Below, piece by piece: positions 7,840 to 16,888 of a DNA stretch of 24,000 nt. Where the stretch lies: the NCBI RefSeq assembly GCF_003096595.1, contig NZ_QEKO01000011.1, positions 52,650 through 76,649 on the forward strand. The letters run 5' to 3'. Below the pieces are notes generated by a model. That model made no database searches, was not told where the DNA came from, and was given only the letters and a program-made list of their open reading frames with translations. Positions within the stretch are counted from its first letter, which is position 1, and each line of letters begins with the position of its first letter. This DNA comes from Pusillimonas noertemannii. GTDB taxonomy: Bacteria; Pseudomonadota; Gammaproteobacteria; Burkholderiales; Burkholderiaceae_B. The position numbers and the translations under genes were made by a program.

Positions 7840-9825
7840 ATGGCCATCGAACAAGGCGAAACATTATGGAGCCCCACGGCTGGGCAAGTCGAGGAAACGC
7901 GGCTGGCGCAATTCATGGAACACGTGGCGCAACGCCACGGCAAGCGCTTCGAAGACTATGAGTCGCTGTGGCAATGGTCGGTCGACGAACTCGAGACCTT
8001 CTGGGGCACGGTCCTGCAGTTTTTCCAGGTCGAGGCCGACGGCGATCCAGCCATAGTACTGGCCGACTCGCGCATGCCCGGCGCAAAATGGTTTCCGGGC
8101 CTGCGGCTCAATTACGCCGAACATGTGTTCCGCAACGCCGATCCTTCGCGGCCGGCCCTGATAGCGCGCAGCGAAGACAGCGAACCCCGCCTCGTATCGT
8201 GGCGCGAACTGCACGAAGCCACCGGCGCATTGGCTCACTGGTTGCGCGAAGCGGGCGTGGGTCCGGGCGACCGCGTGGTTTCCTACATGCCCAACCGGCC
8301 CGAGACAGTCATCGCCTTCCTGGCCTGCGCCAGCTTGGGTGCAATCTGGTCCAGTTGCTCGCCCGAGATGGGCGTGTCGGTGGTGGTCGACCGCTTCCAG
8401 CAGATCGAACCCAAGATCATGTTTGCGGTCGACAGCTACCGCTACAATGGCAAGGTGCACGAACGCGGCGGCATCGTATCCGAGCTGCTTGAAAAGCTTC
8501 CCTCCATCGAGCGGGTGGTCCATGTGGCCGGGCCCGCGGCCGCCAGCCTGCCGAACTGGCCCAGCTGCGTGTCGTGGCAGCAGGCCATCGCGTACGATGC
8601 GCCCCTGGCCTATGCCCGCCTGCCCTTCGATCATCCGCTCTGGATCGTCTATTCTTCAGGCACCACGGGTATCCCAAAGGCCATGGTGCATGGCCACGGC
8701 GGCATCGTGCTGACTCATCTCAAGACCATGCAACTGCAGCACGACGTCCGCGCCGGCGACCGCTTCATGTTTTTGGGAAGCACCGGCTGGATAGTATGGA
8801 ACCTGATGGTGGGCGGCCTGCTGTCGGGCGCCACGGTGGTGCTCTACGATGGCAACCCCTCTTATCCCGACACGCAATCGCTGTGGCGCTTCATCGATGA
8901 GCATGCCGTCACGCATTTCGGCTGCGGCGCCGCATTCCTGGTGCAGTGCAAGAAAGACGGCCTGCAGCCGGGCCGGCAGGCGAGCTTCAAGGCCTTGCGG
9001 GCCATCAACTCTACCGGCTCTCCCTTGCCCCTGGACGCCTATGAATGGGTCTACGACGAGGTCAAGCGCGACCTGTGGCTGGCTTCCATCAGCGGCGGCA
9101 CCGACATCGCCTCGGGCTTCGTTGCCTGCGCACCCACGCTGCCCGTCACGGCCGGCGAGATCCAGTGCCGCGAGCTGGGCGTGGCCGCGTATGCCTTCAA
9201 CGACGATGGCCGGCCCGTCGTCGATGAAGTGGGCGAACTGGTCATTACCAAGCCCATGCCCTCGATGCCGCTGTATTTCTGGAACGACCCGGGCGACAAG
9301 CGCTATATCGAAAGCTATTTCGAGACCTTCTCCGGGTGCTGGCGCCATGGCGACTGGATACGTTTCAGCCCCGCGGGCACGGCGGTGATCTACGGCCGCT
9401 CCGACACCACCATCAACCGCTACGGCATACGCATGGGCACCGCCGAGATATATCGCGTGGTCGAGGAACTGCCCGAAATACGCGACAGCATGGTAGTCGA
9501 TCTGGAATATTTGGGCCGCCCTTCTTACATGCCTTTGTTCGTCGTGCTGGCTCAGGGCGTCGAATTGGACGAAACGCTGATCGCCCGCATCAAAGAACAG
9601 ATCCGGACCAAGGCCTCGGCGCGCCACGTGCCCAACGAGGTGCTGGCGGCGCCACAGATTCCGCGCACCCTTAGCGGAAAGAAAATGGAGTTGCCCGTGC
9701 GCAAATTGCTGCTGGGCGCAAGCGTCGACAAAGTGGCCAGCCCCGACGCCATGGCCAATCCGCAAAGCATGGCCTGGTTCGTCGACTTCGCCCGGCGTCT
9801 GAATACGGCGCCGGCAGAGTCCTGA
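7840..9825 (+). CDS. acetoacetate-CoA ligase (acetoacetyl-CoA synthetase)
   Basis: 661 aa. The N-terminus LWSPT...LAQFMEHV...YESLWQWSVDELETFW, the AMP-binding motif YSSGTTGIPKAMVH and the C-terminal RTLSGKKMELPVRK are typical of acetoacetyl-CoA synthetases. Confidence 0.9.
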   Translation: MAIEQGETLWSPTAGQVEETRLAQFMEHVAQRHGKRFEDYESLWQWSVDELETFWGTVLQFFQVEADGDPAIVLADSRMPGAKWFPGLRLNYAEHVFRNADPSRPALIARSEDSEPRLVSWRELHEATGALAHWLREAGVGPGDRVVSYMPNRPETVIAFLACASLGAIWSSCSPEMGVSVVVDRFQQIEPKIMFAVDSYRYNGKVHERGGIVSELLEKLPSIERVVHVAGPAAASLPNWPSCVSWQQAIAYDAPLAYARLPFDHPLWIVYSSGTTGIPKAMVHGHGGIVLTHLKTMQLQHDVRAGDRFMFLGSTGWIVWNLMVGGLLSGATVVLYDGNPSYPDTQSLWRFIDEHAVTHFGCGAAFLVQCKKDGLQPGRQASFKALRAINSTGSPLPLDAYEWVYDEVKRDLWLASISGGTDIASGFVACAPTLPVTAGEIQCRELGVAAYAFNDDGRPVVDEVGELVITKPMPSMPLYFWNDPGDKRYIESYFETFSGCWRHGDWIRFSPAGTAVIYGRSDTTINRYGIRMGTAEIYRVVEELPEIRDSMVVDLEYLGRPSYMPLFVVLAQGVELDETLIARIKEQIRTKASARHVPNEVLAAPQIPRTLSGKKMELPVRKLLLGASVDKVASPDAMANPQSMAWFVDFARRLNTAPAES

Positions 9826-9826
9826 G

Positions 9827-10336
9827 ATGGCTTCCCCAGCCGCATCCCCAGCCCCCAGCAAGGCAAAGCCCGGCCGCGGTCGCTCGCGGGACACAGCGCT
9901 GCAGCCGCCCCTCATGCATCAACTCATCGGCTACCATTGCCGGCGGGCATTCCTGCAGGTGGAGCCTTTTTCCGATCCCCGCATGGCGTCCTTTGCCTTG
10001 CGGCCGGCCGACTTTGCCGTATTGAGCCTGCTAAGCGCCAACCCGGGCATCAGCCAGAAACAGGTGGCGCAGGGCATAGGCGTGGCGCCGCCCAACCTGG
10101 CGCCCGTGCTTGAACGGCTCGAGGCGCGCAAGCTGCTTGCCCGCCAGCGCAGTCAGAGCGACGGACGCATACAGTCGTTTTCGCTCACCGCCGAAGGCCA
10201 GCAGCTCTGCGCACGCGCCGAAGAGACGGCGCTGCGCATCGAAGGCGAAGCCGCCGGCGCGCTTTCCGGCGACGAGCGCAAGACGCTTTTGCATCTGCTG
10301 CGCAAACTTTACGCGGCGCAAGACGGCGTGGCCTGA
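9827..10336 (+). CDS. MarR family transcriptional regulator
   Basis: There is a winged-helix region: ISQKQVAQGIGVAPPNLAPVLERLEARKLLARQRSQSDGRIQSFSLTAEG. The ATG lies 1 nt after the upstream stop. An alternative start at 9914 would remove a 29-aa Pro/Ala-rich extension. Confidence 0.85.
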   Translation: MASPAASPAPSKAKPGRGRSRDTALQPPLMHQLIGYHCRRAFLQVEPFSDPRMASFALRPADFAVLSLLSANPGISQKQVAQGIGVAPPNLAPVLERLEARKLLARQRSQSDGRIQSFSLTAEGQQLCARAEETALRIEGEAAGALSGDERKTLLHLLRKLYAAQDGVA

Positions 10337-10415
10337 CCCGATTGGTTTAAGATAGGCAGATCGGTCACCGTCCCTGTCGCGGGGCGCGGATTCAATCATT
10401 CCAATAGGCTCACGC

Positions 10416-10838
10416 ATGAACATTCTGGTTCCCATAGACGGCTCGGAAACCTCGCTGAACGCCCTCAAGGCCGCCCTTTCCATGGCGGGCGAGCGCAGCG
10501 ATATCGGGCTGCGGGTCGTCACCATTCAGGCGCCCATCGCCTCGGGCAACGTCAAGCGCTTCATTTCGGCCGAGATCCTCGACGAGTACTATCAGGACGA
10601 AGGCAACAAGGCGCTGGCCGGCGCTCGCGAACTGCTGGACGGCTCGCCCGCCGAAGCCAGCTTCGAAGTGCTGGTGGGGCCCGTGGCCGAAACCATCGTC
10701 GACTACGCCAGGCAGCACGATTGCGGCCACATCGTCATGGGCACCCGCGGCCTGGGGCGCATCTCGGGCCTGTTGCTCGGCTCGGTGGCCACCAAGGTGC
10801 TCAGCCTTACCGAAGTGCCGGTTACGCTGGTCAAGTAG
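10416..10838 (+). CDS. universal stress protein (UspA family)
   Basis: MNILVPIDGSE...HIVMGTRGLGRISGLLLGSVATKVL is the Usp ATP-binding motif G-2x-G-9x-G(S/T). Confidence 0.9.
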   Translation: MNILVPIDGSETSLNALKAALSMAGERSDIGLRVVTIQAPIASGNVKRFISAEILDEYYQDEGNKALAGARELLDGSPAEASFEVLVGPVAETIVDYARQHDCGHIVMGTRGLGRISGLLLGSVATKVLSLTEVPVTLVK

Positions 10839-10860
10839 GCGTCGGCACGCAGCCCACTCC

Positions 10861-12042
10861 TCAGGGCTGCAATCCCACCTTCAACAGGCGGCCGTCACGT
10901 TCGTCGGTAAGCACATACACGTAGCCGTCGGGCCCTACCCTGACATCGCGTATGCGCGCGCCTATTTCCTTCAGCATGCGCTCTTCGTGCGTAACGCGAT
11001 CGCCGTCGAGTTCCAGCCGTATCAGGTTGCGATCGACCAGAGAACCTATGAAAAGCGAATGCCGCCACGGCGCGAAGCGCTGGGCGTCATAGAAGGCCAT
11101 GCCGCTGACGCCGGGCGACTTTTCCCATACATAGTGCGGCGGCTCTGTGCCTTCCACCGCTTCGCCCTTGGCCTCGGGTATGGGCAGGCCCGAGTAATTG
11201 ATGCCATGGGTGGCCAGCGGCCAGCCGTAGTTCTTGCCGGCCTGGGGAATATTGATTTCGTCGCCGCCGCGAGGCCCGTGCTCGTGTGTCCACAGCTTGC
11301 CGCTCCAGGGGTTCAGGGCGGCGCCTTGCTGGTTGCGATGGCCGTATGACCAGATGGCGGGTACAGCGCCCTCGCGGTCCACGAAGGGGTTGTCTTTCGG
11401 CACGCCGCCATCGGGCAGCAGGCGCACGATCTTGCCCTGCAATTTGCTTAGATCTTGGGCGGTGGGCCTTTGGTTGTTCTCGCCCAGGGCGACGAACAAA
11501 TGCCCCCCGCCGTCGAACACCAGCCTTGAACCGAAGTGCACGCCGCTGGACAATTTGGGCTCTTGCCTGAAAATCACCTTGAAGTCTTCGAGGCGGCGCA
11601 TGTCTTTGGAAAGCGTGCCGTAGCCCACCGCCGTGCCGGCCGGGCCTTCGCCGGGATTACGCGGCGAACCCTCGGCGTACGACAGGTAGACGCGCCGCGA
11701 GCGGGCGAAGTCAGGCGGCAGCGCAACATCGAGCAAACCGCCCTGCCCTTGTGCAAAGACCCGCGGCACGCCCTCGATGGCGGGCGACAGGCCGTTTTCT
11801 TGCGTCCACAGGCGCAAGCGCCCCGGCCTTTCGGTAATGAGCATGCCCTGGCCTTCGGGAAGAAAGGCCAATGCCCAGGGGTTTTCAAGGCCCTGGTATA
11901 GCGTGGCGACTTCAAGCGTGCCTTCTTCGCTGGCATAGGTGGCGGCTTGCGCCTGGGCGGGTTCCTGCGCCGCGGCCGCCAGCAGCCCGGCGGCCAGCAG
12001 TGCGCCGATCAGCGCGGCTCGTGCTTTGTGGCCCAATATCAT
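10861..12042 (-). CDS. PQQ-dependent (soluble) sugar dehydrogenase, YliI/Asd-like, periplasmic
   Basis: There is a signal peptide, MILGHKARAALIGALLAAGLLAAAAQ. The motifs NPWALAFLPEG, ERPGRLRLW, GGLLDVAL, HFGSRLVF, WSYGHRNQQG and NYGWP are typical of the beta-propeller glucose/sorbosone dehydrogenase family. The internal start at 12042 has AAGGGG upstream. Confidence 0.85.
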   Translation of the reverse strand: MILGHKARAALIGALLAAGLLAAAAQEPAQAQAATYASEEGTLEVATLYQGLENPWALAFLPEGQGMLITERPGRLRLWTQENGLSPAIEGVPRVFAQGQGGLLDVALPPDFARSRRVYLSYAEGSPRNPGEGPAGTAVGYGTLSKDMRRLEDFKVIFRQEPKLSSGVHFGSRLVFDGGGHLFVALGENNQRPTAQDLSKLQGKIVRLLPDGGVPKDNPFVDREGAVPAIWSYGHRNQQGAALNPWSGKLWTHEHGPRGGDEINIPQAGKNYGWPLATHGINYSGLPIPEAKGEAVEGTEPPHYVWEKSPGVSGMAFYDAQRFAPWRHSLFIGSLVDRNLIRLELDGDRVTHEERMLKEIGARIRDVRVGPDGYVYVLTDERDGRLLKVGLQP

Positions 12043-12067
12043 GCATGCCCCTTGGTCAAGACGTGGC

Positions 12068-12922
12068 TCAAGCCACCGGATCGATGCGGCGCGGAAGGTC
12101 GGGGTCCGCCGGTGGCGCGGCGGGCGGCGCGGACGGAACAACGGGCGCGAAGCCCTTGCCCGACTTTTCGAAGAAGCCTGCCAGCATGTCCACCGGCACC
12201 GGGAAGACGAGGGTGGAGGTTTTGTCGCCCGCCACCTGGGTAAGTGTCTGGAGATAGCGCAGCTGCATCGCCGAAGGCTGCTCGGCCAGGGTTCGCGCCG
12301 CTTCCATCAGCGCCTGGGCCGCCTGCTTCTCGCCTTCGGCGTGGATGACCTTGGCGCGCCGCTCGCGCTCGGCCTCGGCCTGGCGGGCAATGGCGCGCAC
12401 CATGCTTTCGTTCAGGTCGATGTGCTTGATCTCTACGTTGGTAACCTTGATGCCCCAGCCATCGGTCTGCTGGTCGAGTATGGCCTGGATGTCCTGATTG
12501 AGCTTCTCGCGCTCGGACAGCATGTCGTCGAGGTCGTGCTTGCCCAACACGGCCCGCAAGGTGGTCTGCGCCAGCTGGCTGGTGGCGTCGAGATAGCGCT
12601 CGACCTGGATGATGGCCTTGTCGGGCGCCACCACGCGGAAATAGATCACCGCATTCACGCTGACGGACACGTTGTCGCGCGAGATGACGTCCTGGCTTGG
12701 GACGTCCATGGTGACCACCCGCAGGTCGACGCGCACCATCTGCTGCAGGCCAGGTATGACGATGACCAGGCCCGGGCCCTTGACGGCGGTGAAGCGACCC
12801 AATGTGAAGATGACGCCGCGCTGGTATTCGCGCAGGATCTTCAGGGTATTGACCAGGATCACCACGATGACGACCAGCAGGATCAGCAGGCCGAAGTTGA
12901 GGTCAAAATCGATGAAGTACAT
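12068..12922 (-). CDS. SPFH/band 7 (stomatin-like, slipin) membrane protein
   Basis: An N-terminal TM helix is followed by [13 protein letters not shown]...[25 protein letters not shown]...[21 protein letters not shown] and an Ala/Glu-rich coiled coil. Confidence 0.9.
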   Translation of the reverse strand: MYFIDFDLNFGLLILLVVIVVILVNTLKILREYQRGVIFTLGRFTAVKGPGLVIVIPGLQQMVRVDLRVVTMDVPSQDVISRDNVSVSVNAVIYFRVVAPDKAIIQVERYLDATSQLAQTTLRAVLGKHDLDDMLSEREKLNQDIQAILDQQTDGWGIKVTNVEIKHIDLNESMVRAIARQAEAERERRAKVIHAEGEKQAAQALMEAARTLAEQPSAMQLRYLQTLTQVAGDKTSTLVFPVPVDMLAGFFEKSGKGFAPVVPSAPPAAPPADPDLPRRIDPVA

Positions 12923-12944
12923 GAGTGCCTTCCTTGATGAGCGG

Positions 12945-14474
12945 TTAGGAATTGTTTGAAGCGGGGTTGGCGGGCTCGGGGCCCGCCGGGTCTACCCCCA
13001 GGGTCAGGCCTTCCATCGACCTGACGCGCACATGCTGCCCCGGCCGCAGCGGCTGGCTGCTGCACACCTTCCAGCGCTCGCCCAGCACGTCAGCATATGC
13101 CATACCGTCTTCGACGTGGGTGACGATCCCCGGCTGCCCTATCATGTATTCGGCGCCGCTGACGACGCGGCTGCGATAAGAGCGCAGGGCAAGCCGGCCG
13201 ATGACCAGCAGCACGGCCACGCTGAACAGTGCCGAGCCGATGAGGAAAGGCAGGCCGAGCTCAAAGCCGGGCACTTCGCCATCGGTAAGAAAGATGCCGC
13301 CCAGCACGAAGGCCACGACCCCGCCCGCGCCGGCTATGCCGAAACTGGGCAGGAACACCTCGGCCACCATCAGGCTCAGGCCCAGGAAGATCAGGCCGAC
13401 TCCGGCCCAGTTCACCGGCAGCAGCTGGAAGGCATAGAACGCCAGCATCAGGCTGATGAGGCCGGCGATGCCGGGCCCCGCAAGCCCCGGGCTGGTGACC
13501 TCGTAGAACAGCCCATAGACCCCGATCATCATCAAGATGACCGCCACCTGCGGGTTGGCGATAAGAAGCAGCAGCCTGGTGCGCCAGTCGGGCTGTATCT
13601 GCTCGGCCGTTGCGCTGGCCGTGGCCAGGCTGACCGAGCGGCCGTTCTCGAGCTTGACCTGCCGGCCGTCCAGCTTCTGAAGCAGGTCGGGAAGATCGGC
13701 GGCGACAAGGTCGATGACCCCGCCTTCCAGCGCCTCTTGGGCCGACATGCTGGCGGCATCGAGCACGGCCTGTTCGGCGAACTGCTTATCGCGGCCGCGC
13801 AGCTGGGCGAGGCTGCGTATATAGGCCGCCGCATCGTTGCGCGCCTTGCGCCCGGACGCATCCGCGGGGTCGCCATCCTTGGCGTCGTCCTTGGACCCGG
13901 CCTTCGGCGGCGACGTGCCGCCTATCTGCACGGGCGTGGCGGCGCCGATATTGCTGGCGGGCGCCATGGCGGCGATATGGCTGGCATACAGTATGAAGGT
14001 TCCCGCGCTGGCCGCCCGCGCACCCGCGGGCGCCACGAAGGTGGCCACGGGCACGGGCACGGGCGAGGCCAGTATGGCCTTGACGATGCTGCGCATCGAG
14101 GCGTCGAGCCCGCCTGGCGTGTCCAGGGTGATGACGACCAACTGGGCCTGCTGCGATGCCGCGCTGTCGATGCCGCGCACGATGAAGTCGGAAGATGCCG
14201 GGCTGATGACGCCGTCGAGCTGCAGCTCGACGACTTTCGCATTGCTTTGCGCAAGAATGGGCAAGGCGGCGCAAAGCAGCGCAGCGGCCATGGCCAAGCA
14301 GAAAAACAGAATGCGGCCCCGGCCAGGAAGCCGATGCCTGCCTATTGCAACAGCCCCCGCCTGCGCGCCGAGGCCTTCTTCCCAGGCAGACCTTGCTTGT
14401 CTTGAGAAGGCCGTCCGGCGGAAAGAAGCGAGCCGGCGCAGCAGCGAAGATTGGGCTTGTACGGAACGGATCAT
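12945..14474 (-). CDS. NfeD family membrane-bound serine protease (ClpP-class) with C-terminal OB domain
   Basis: It has a ClpP-like N-terminal domain ([17 protein letters not shown]...[19 protein letters not shown]), then multiple TM helices, then the C-terminal NfeD OB-fold ([20 protein letters not shown]). It ends 22 nt upstream of the SPFH gene. The start at 14474 has GGAAGG upstream, but a later start cannot be excluded. Confidence 0.85.
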   Translation of the reverse strand: MIRSVQAQSSLLRRLASFRRTAFSRQARSAWEEGLGAQAGAVAIGRHRLPGRGRILFFCLAMAAALLCAALPILAQSNAKVVELQLDGVISPASSDFIVRGIDSAASQQAQLVVITLDTPGGLDASMRSIVKAILASPVPVPVATFVAPAGARAASAGTFILYASHIAAMAPASNIGAATPVQIGGTSPPKAGSKDDAKDGDPADASGRKARNDAAAYIRSLAQLRGRDKQFAEQAVLDAASMSAQEALEGGVIDLVAADLPDLLQKLDGRQVKLENGRSVSLATASATAEQIQPDWRTRLLLLIANPQVAVILMMIGVYGLFYEVTSPGLAGPGIAGLISLMLAFYAFQLLPVNWAGVGLIFLGLSLMVAEVFLPSFGIAGAGGVVAFVLGGIFLTDGEVPGFELGLPFLIGSALFSVAVLLVIGRLALRSYRSRVVSGAEYMIGQPGIVTHVEDGMAYADVLGERWKVCSSQPLRPGQHVRVRSMEGLTLGVDPAGPEPANPASNNS

Positions 14475-14570
14475 TGCGGGCCTTCCGGTGTACGGCGCCC
14501 CGAGAACGCCTTCATGGCCAGTATAGCCTTACGCGAGGCTTAATCGGCCCGGGCGTGGAAGATGACGGGT

Positions 14571-14966
14571 TCAACCTTGTTTACGAGGAGTTTTACCCAT
14601 ATGGCGCGCGACACGCTCGATTTCGGCGGCAAGAATAATGGCGTGGTTGTGTTCGGTGTCGCGGGCGCCATACACGAGGGTGATGTGCGAAGCGCCCGCA
14701 TCCTGCACCAGCTGGCGCATGCGCTGCTCTTGTTCTTTGCTGCGCAACTCGGTTTCGTATTCGTCGCGGAACTGGTCCCAATGCTCTACTTTGTGGCCGA
14801 ACCATTTGCGCAGCGCCGGGCTGGGCGCAAGGTCTTTGCACCAGGCGTCGTAATGCAGCTCTTCCTTGGAAACGCCGCGTGGCCACAGGCGATCAACCAG
14901 AACCCGGTAGCCGTCGCCCTGTTGGGCCTTGTCGTAGGCACGCTTGATGTCGACCTGTATCTTCAT
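14571..14966 (-). CDS. DUF488 (YeaO-like) domain protein
   Basis: YRVLVDRLWPRGVSKE...WCKDLAPSPALRKWFGH....W..F...Y..EL is the DUF488 pattern. GGAGAA lies 5 nt upstream of the ATG. Confidence 0.8.
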   Translation of the reverse strand: MKIQVDIKRAYDKAQQGDGYRVLVDRLWPRGVSKEELHYDAWCKDLAPSPALRKWFGHKVEHWDQFRDEYETELRSKEQEQRMRQLVQDAGASHITLVYGARDTEHNHAIILAAEIERVARHMGKTPRKQG

Positions 14967-15077
14967 TGACGTTCTCCGGTGCCGCCCGACCCGCCTGAAG
15001 GCAAGGTACGCATGCCAGCGTGGCCATGCGCACCGGGGCCTTGTCTGAAGGCCTCGGACCTGCGGCGGGTGCGCGCC

Positions 15078-16475
15078 TTAATCGTTGTGTGTCATGTCCA
15101 GGGGTACGATCCACTCGTCATACTGCTGTGCCGTGACGTGGCCCAGCGCCAGCGCCGCTTCGCGCAAGGTGGTGCCCTCTTTTTGCGCTTTCTTGGCAAT
15201 GGCGGCCGCCTTGTCGTAGCCGATGTGGCGATTGAGCGCGGTAACCAGCATGAGGTTCTTCTGCAAATTGCGTTCGATGATCTCGGTGTTGGGCTCGATG
15301 CCCACGGCGCAATGGTCGTTGAAGGCGCGGCTTGCATCGGCCAGCAAGGCGATGCTTTCAAGCACGTTGTGCACCATGACCGGCTTGTACACATTGAGCT
15401 GGAAATTGCCCTGGCTGGCGGCAAAGGCCACCGCTGCGTCGTTGCCGTAGACCTGGGCGCACACCATGGTCATGGCTTCGCATTGGGTGGGGTTGACCTT
15501 GCCCGGCATGATGGAGGAGCCCGGCTCGTTGTCGGGAATGATGAGTTCGCCGATGCCGCAGCGGGGCCCGCTTGCCAGCCAGCGCACGTCGTTGGCCATC
15601 TTGAACAGCGCCCCGGCAAGCAGGCGCAGCGCGGAAGACATATTGGCCAGCGCGTCGTGCGCGGACAAGGCGAAGAATTTGTTGTCGGCCGACTTGAACG
15701 GCAGGCTGGTGATCTGCGCGATGCGCGCGGCCGCCGTCTCGCCGAAGCGCGGGTGGGCGTTCAGGCCTGTGCCCACCGCGGTGCCGCCTATGGCCAGGTC
15801 GTAGATGCCCGGCAAGGCGGCCTCGACCGCCTTCAGGCCGAAAGCGATTTGCGCCACCCAGCCGCCGATTTCCTGGCCCAGGGTAATGGGCGTGGCGTCT
15901 TGCAGGTGGGTGCGGCCGGTCTTGACCACCTGGGCGTACTGGCTTGCCTTGTCGGCCAGCGTGGATTGCAGTTGCCGCACCGCCGGAAAGAAGTCGCGCT
16001 CGAGCTCTTGCGCCACGGCGATGTGCATGGCGGTGGGAAAGGTGTCGTTGGACGACTGGCCGCGATTGACGTGGTCGTTGGGGTGCACCGGCTTCTTGCT
16101 GCCCATCTCGCCGCCGGCCAGCTCGATGGCGCGATTGGAGATGACCTCGTTCGCGTTCATGTTCGATTGCGTGCCGGAGCCGGTCTGGAAGACCACCAGG
16201 GGGAATTCCTGATCGAGCTTGCCCGAGATGACTTCGTCGGCCGCCTTCACGATCAGGTCGGCCAGGTCTTGCGGCAGTTCGCCCAGCTCGGCATTGGCCT
16301 CGGCCGCGGCGCGCTTGAGTATGCCCAGCGCGCGAATGACCGGCGCCTGCCATTTGAACCGCGCGACGCCGATGGGAAAATTCTGTATGGACCGCTGGGT
16401 TTGCGCACCCCAGTATCGATCTGAGGGAACCTCGATGGCTCCCATGGAATCCGTTTCGACGCGTGTGCTGCTCAT
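15078..16475 (-). CDS. fumC: class II fumarate hydratase
   Basis: [25 protein letters not shown], the signature [16 protein letters not shown] and a length of 465 aa all fit FumC. AGGAG lies 7 nt upstream of the start at MSSTR (16475). Confidence 0.95.
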   Translation of the reverse strand: MSSTRVETDSMGAIEVPSDRYWGAQTQRSIQNFPIGVARFKWQAPVIRALGILKRAAAEANAELGELPQDLADLIVKAADEVISGKLDQEFPLVVFQTGSGTQSNMNANEVISNRAIELAGGEMGSKKPVHPNDHVNRGQSSNDTFPTAMHIAVAQELERDFFPAVRQLQSTLADKASQYAQVVKTGRTHLQDATPITLGQEIGGWVAQIAFGLKAVEAALPGIYDLAIGGTAVGTGLNAHPRFGETAAARIAQITSLPFKSADNKFFALSAHDALANMSSALRLLAGALFKMANDVRWLASGPRCGIGELIIPDNEPGSSIMPGKVNPTQCEAMTMVCAQVYGNDAAVAFAASQGNFQLNVYKPVMVHNVLESIALLADASRAFNDHCAVGIEPNTEIIERNLQKNLMLVTALNRHIGYDKAAAIAKKAQKEGTTLREAALALGHVTAQQYDEWIVPLDMTHND

Positions 16476-16549
16476 GTGTGGGCTCCTGGCTTGAGAGTAT
16501 GTGGGGAACCGGCAATCGGCGGCGGTGCGGGCGACTGCCATCGCTCTTA

Positions 16550-16555
16550 ACTATA
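16550..16555 (-). promoter_or_regulatory. possible -10 element (TATAGT) of a fumC promoter
   Basis: TATAGT on the minus strand lies about 75 nt upstream of the fumC ATG. No convincing -35 was found. TTTGGGT direct repeats sit at 16571-16577 and 16592-16598 just upstream. Confidence 0.25.
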
Positions 16556-16656
16556 CGCCATTGCTTCTCATTTGGGTCTGGGTCGCTTTGGTTTGGGTTC
16601 TTAAGCGCTGTTGCGGTGAGTCTTCACATCGGCGGCAACAATATGCCACTATGCAA

Positions 16657-16822
16657 GCCGCCGGAGGCGGGCAGTCTTCAGGCGGGCGTCGGAGGGCGCC
16701 GCGTGCTGACGAAGGAATCGTGGGGGCTTTCCCCGCCGCCCACGCGTACGAGGCAGACGCGGGAAGTCCGGCGAAGCCGGACCGCCCGACCGCCCGCCTG
16801 AAGACTGCCCGCCTCCGGCGGC
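16657..16822. repeat. long inverted repeat: 32-bp perfect arms around a 102-bp GC-rich structured spacer
   Basis: GCCGCCGGAGGCGGGCAGTCTTCAGGCGGGCG (16657-16688) is the exact reverse complement of 16791-16822. Pairing extends about 4 bp on each side with 1-nt bulges. The spacer has its own hairpins: GTCCGG-cgaag-CCGGAC at 16766-16782, and CGCGTG/CACGCG at 16700-16705 and 16741-16746. Confidence 0.75.
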
Positions 16823-16852
16823 GCTTAAAGACTCAAATTTCAAGCGCTACCG

Positions 16853-16888
16853 ATGGAACTAGCGGTACTAATGGAACTAGCGGTACTA
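16853..16888. repeat. perfect 18-bp tandem duplication (2 copies) overlapping the stop codon of the epd-like gene
   Basis: ATGGAACTAGCGGTACTA occurs at 16853-16870 and again at 16871-16888. On the minus strand the unit starts with TAG, and the TAG at 16886-16888 is the gene's stop codon. Confidence 0.9.

Noticed and set aside
8656-9915. 419-aa minus-strand ORF antisense to acetoacetyl-CoA synthetase. The similar ORF at 7864-8634 is also rejected.
   Set aside because: These are shadow ORFs. The plus strand carries the AMP-binding enzyme motifs.
11939-14405. 332-aa and 457-aa plus-strand ORFs antisense to the SPFH and NfeD genes
   Set aside because: They are low-complexity and rich in Arg, Gly, Ala, His and Asp. 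The minus-strand genes have clear family signatures and operon spacing.
14981-15077. Short similarity (CCGCCCGACC..CGCCTGAAG) between the fumC-DUF488 intergenic region and the arm region of the 16657-16822 element
   Set aside because: Only about 19 nt match, with a gap, in GC-rich sequence where such matches arise by chance. No second arm could be aligned. A genome-wide search with the element would settle whether this is a degenerate copy.
14979-16424. 481-aa plus-strand ORF antisense to fumC
   Set aside because: fumC on the minus strand is unambiguous ([16 protein letters not shown]). The antisense product has no recognisable features.
16556-16580. Fur-box-like sequence (AAATGAGAAGCAAT on the minus strand) upstream of fumC
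   Set aside because: By hand alignment it matches only about 11 of 19 positions of GATAATGATAATCATTATC. That is below what I would accept as a site.
16853-16888. A possible CRISPR array or iteron at the tandem repeat
   Set aside because: There are only two abutting copies and no spacers. No cas genes or replication genes are present in the window.
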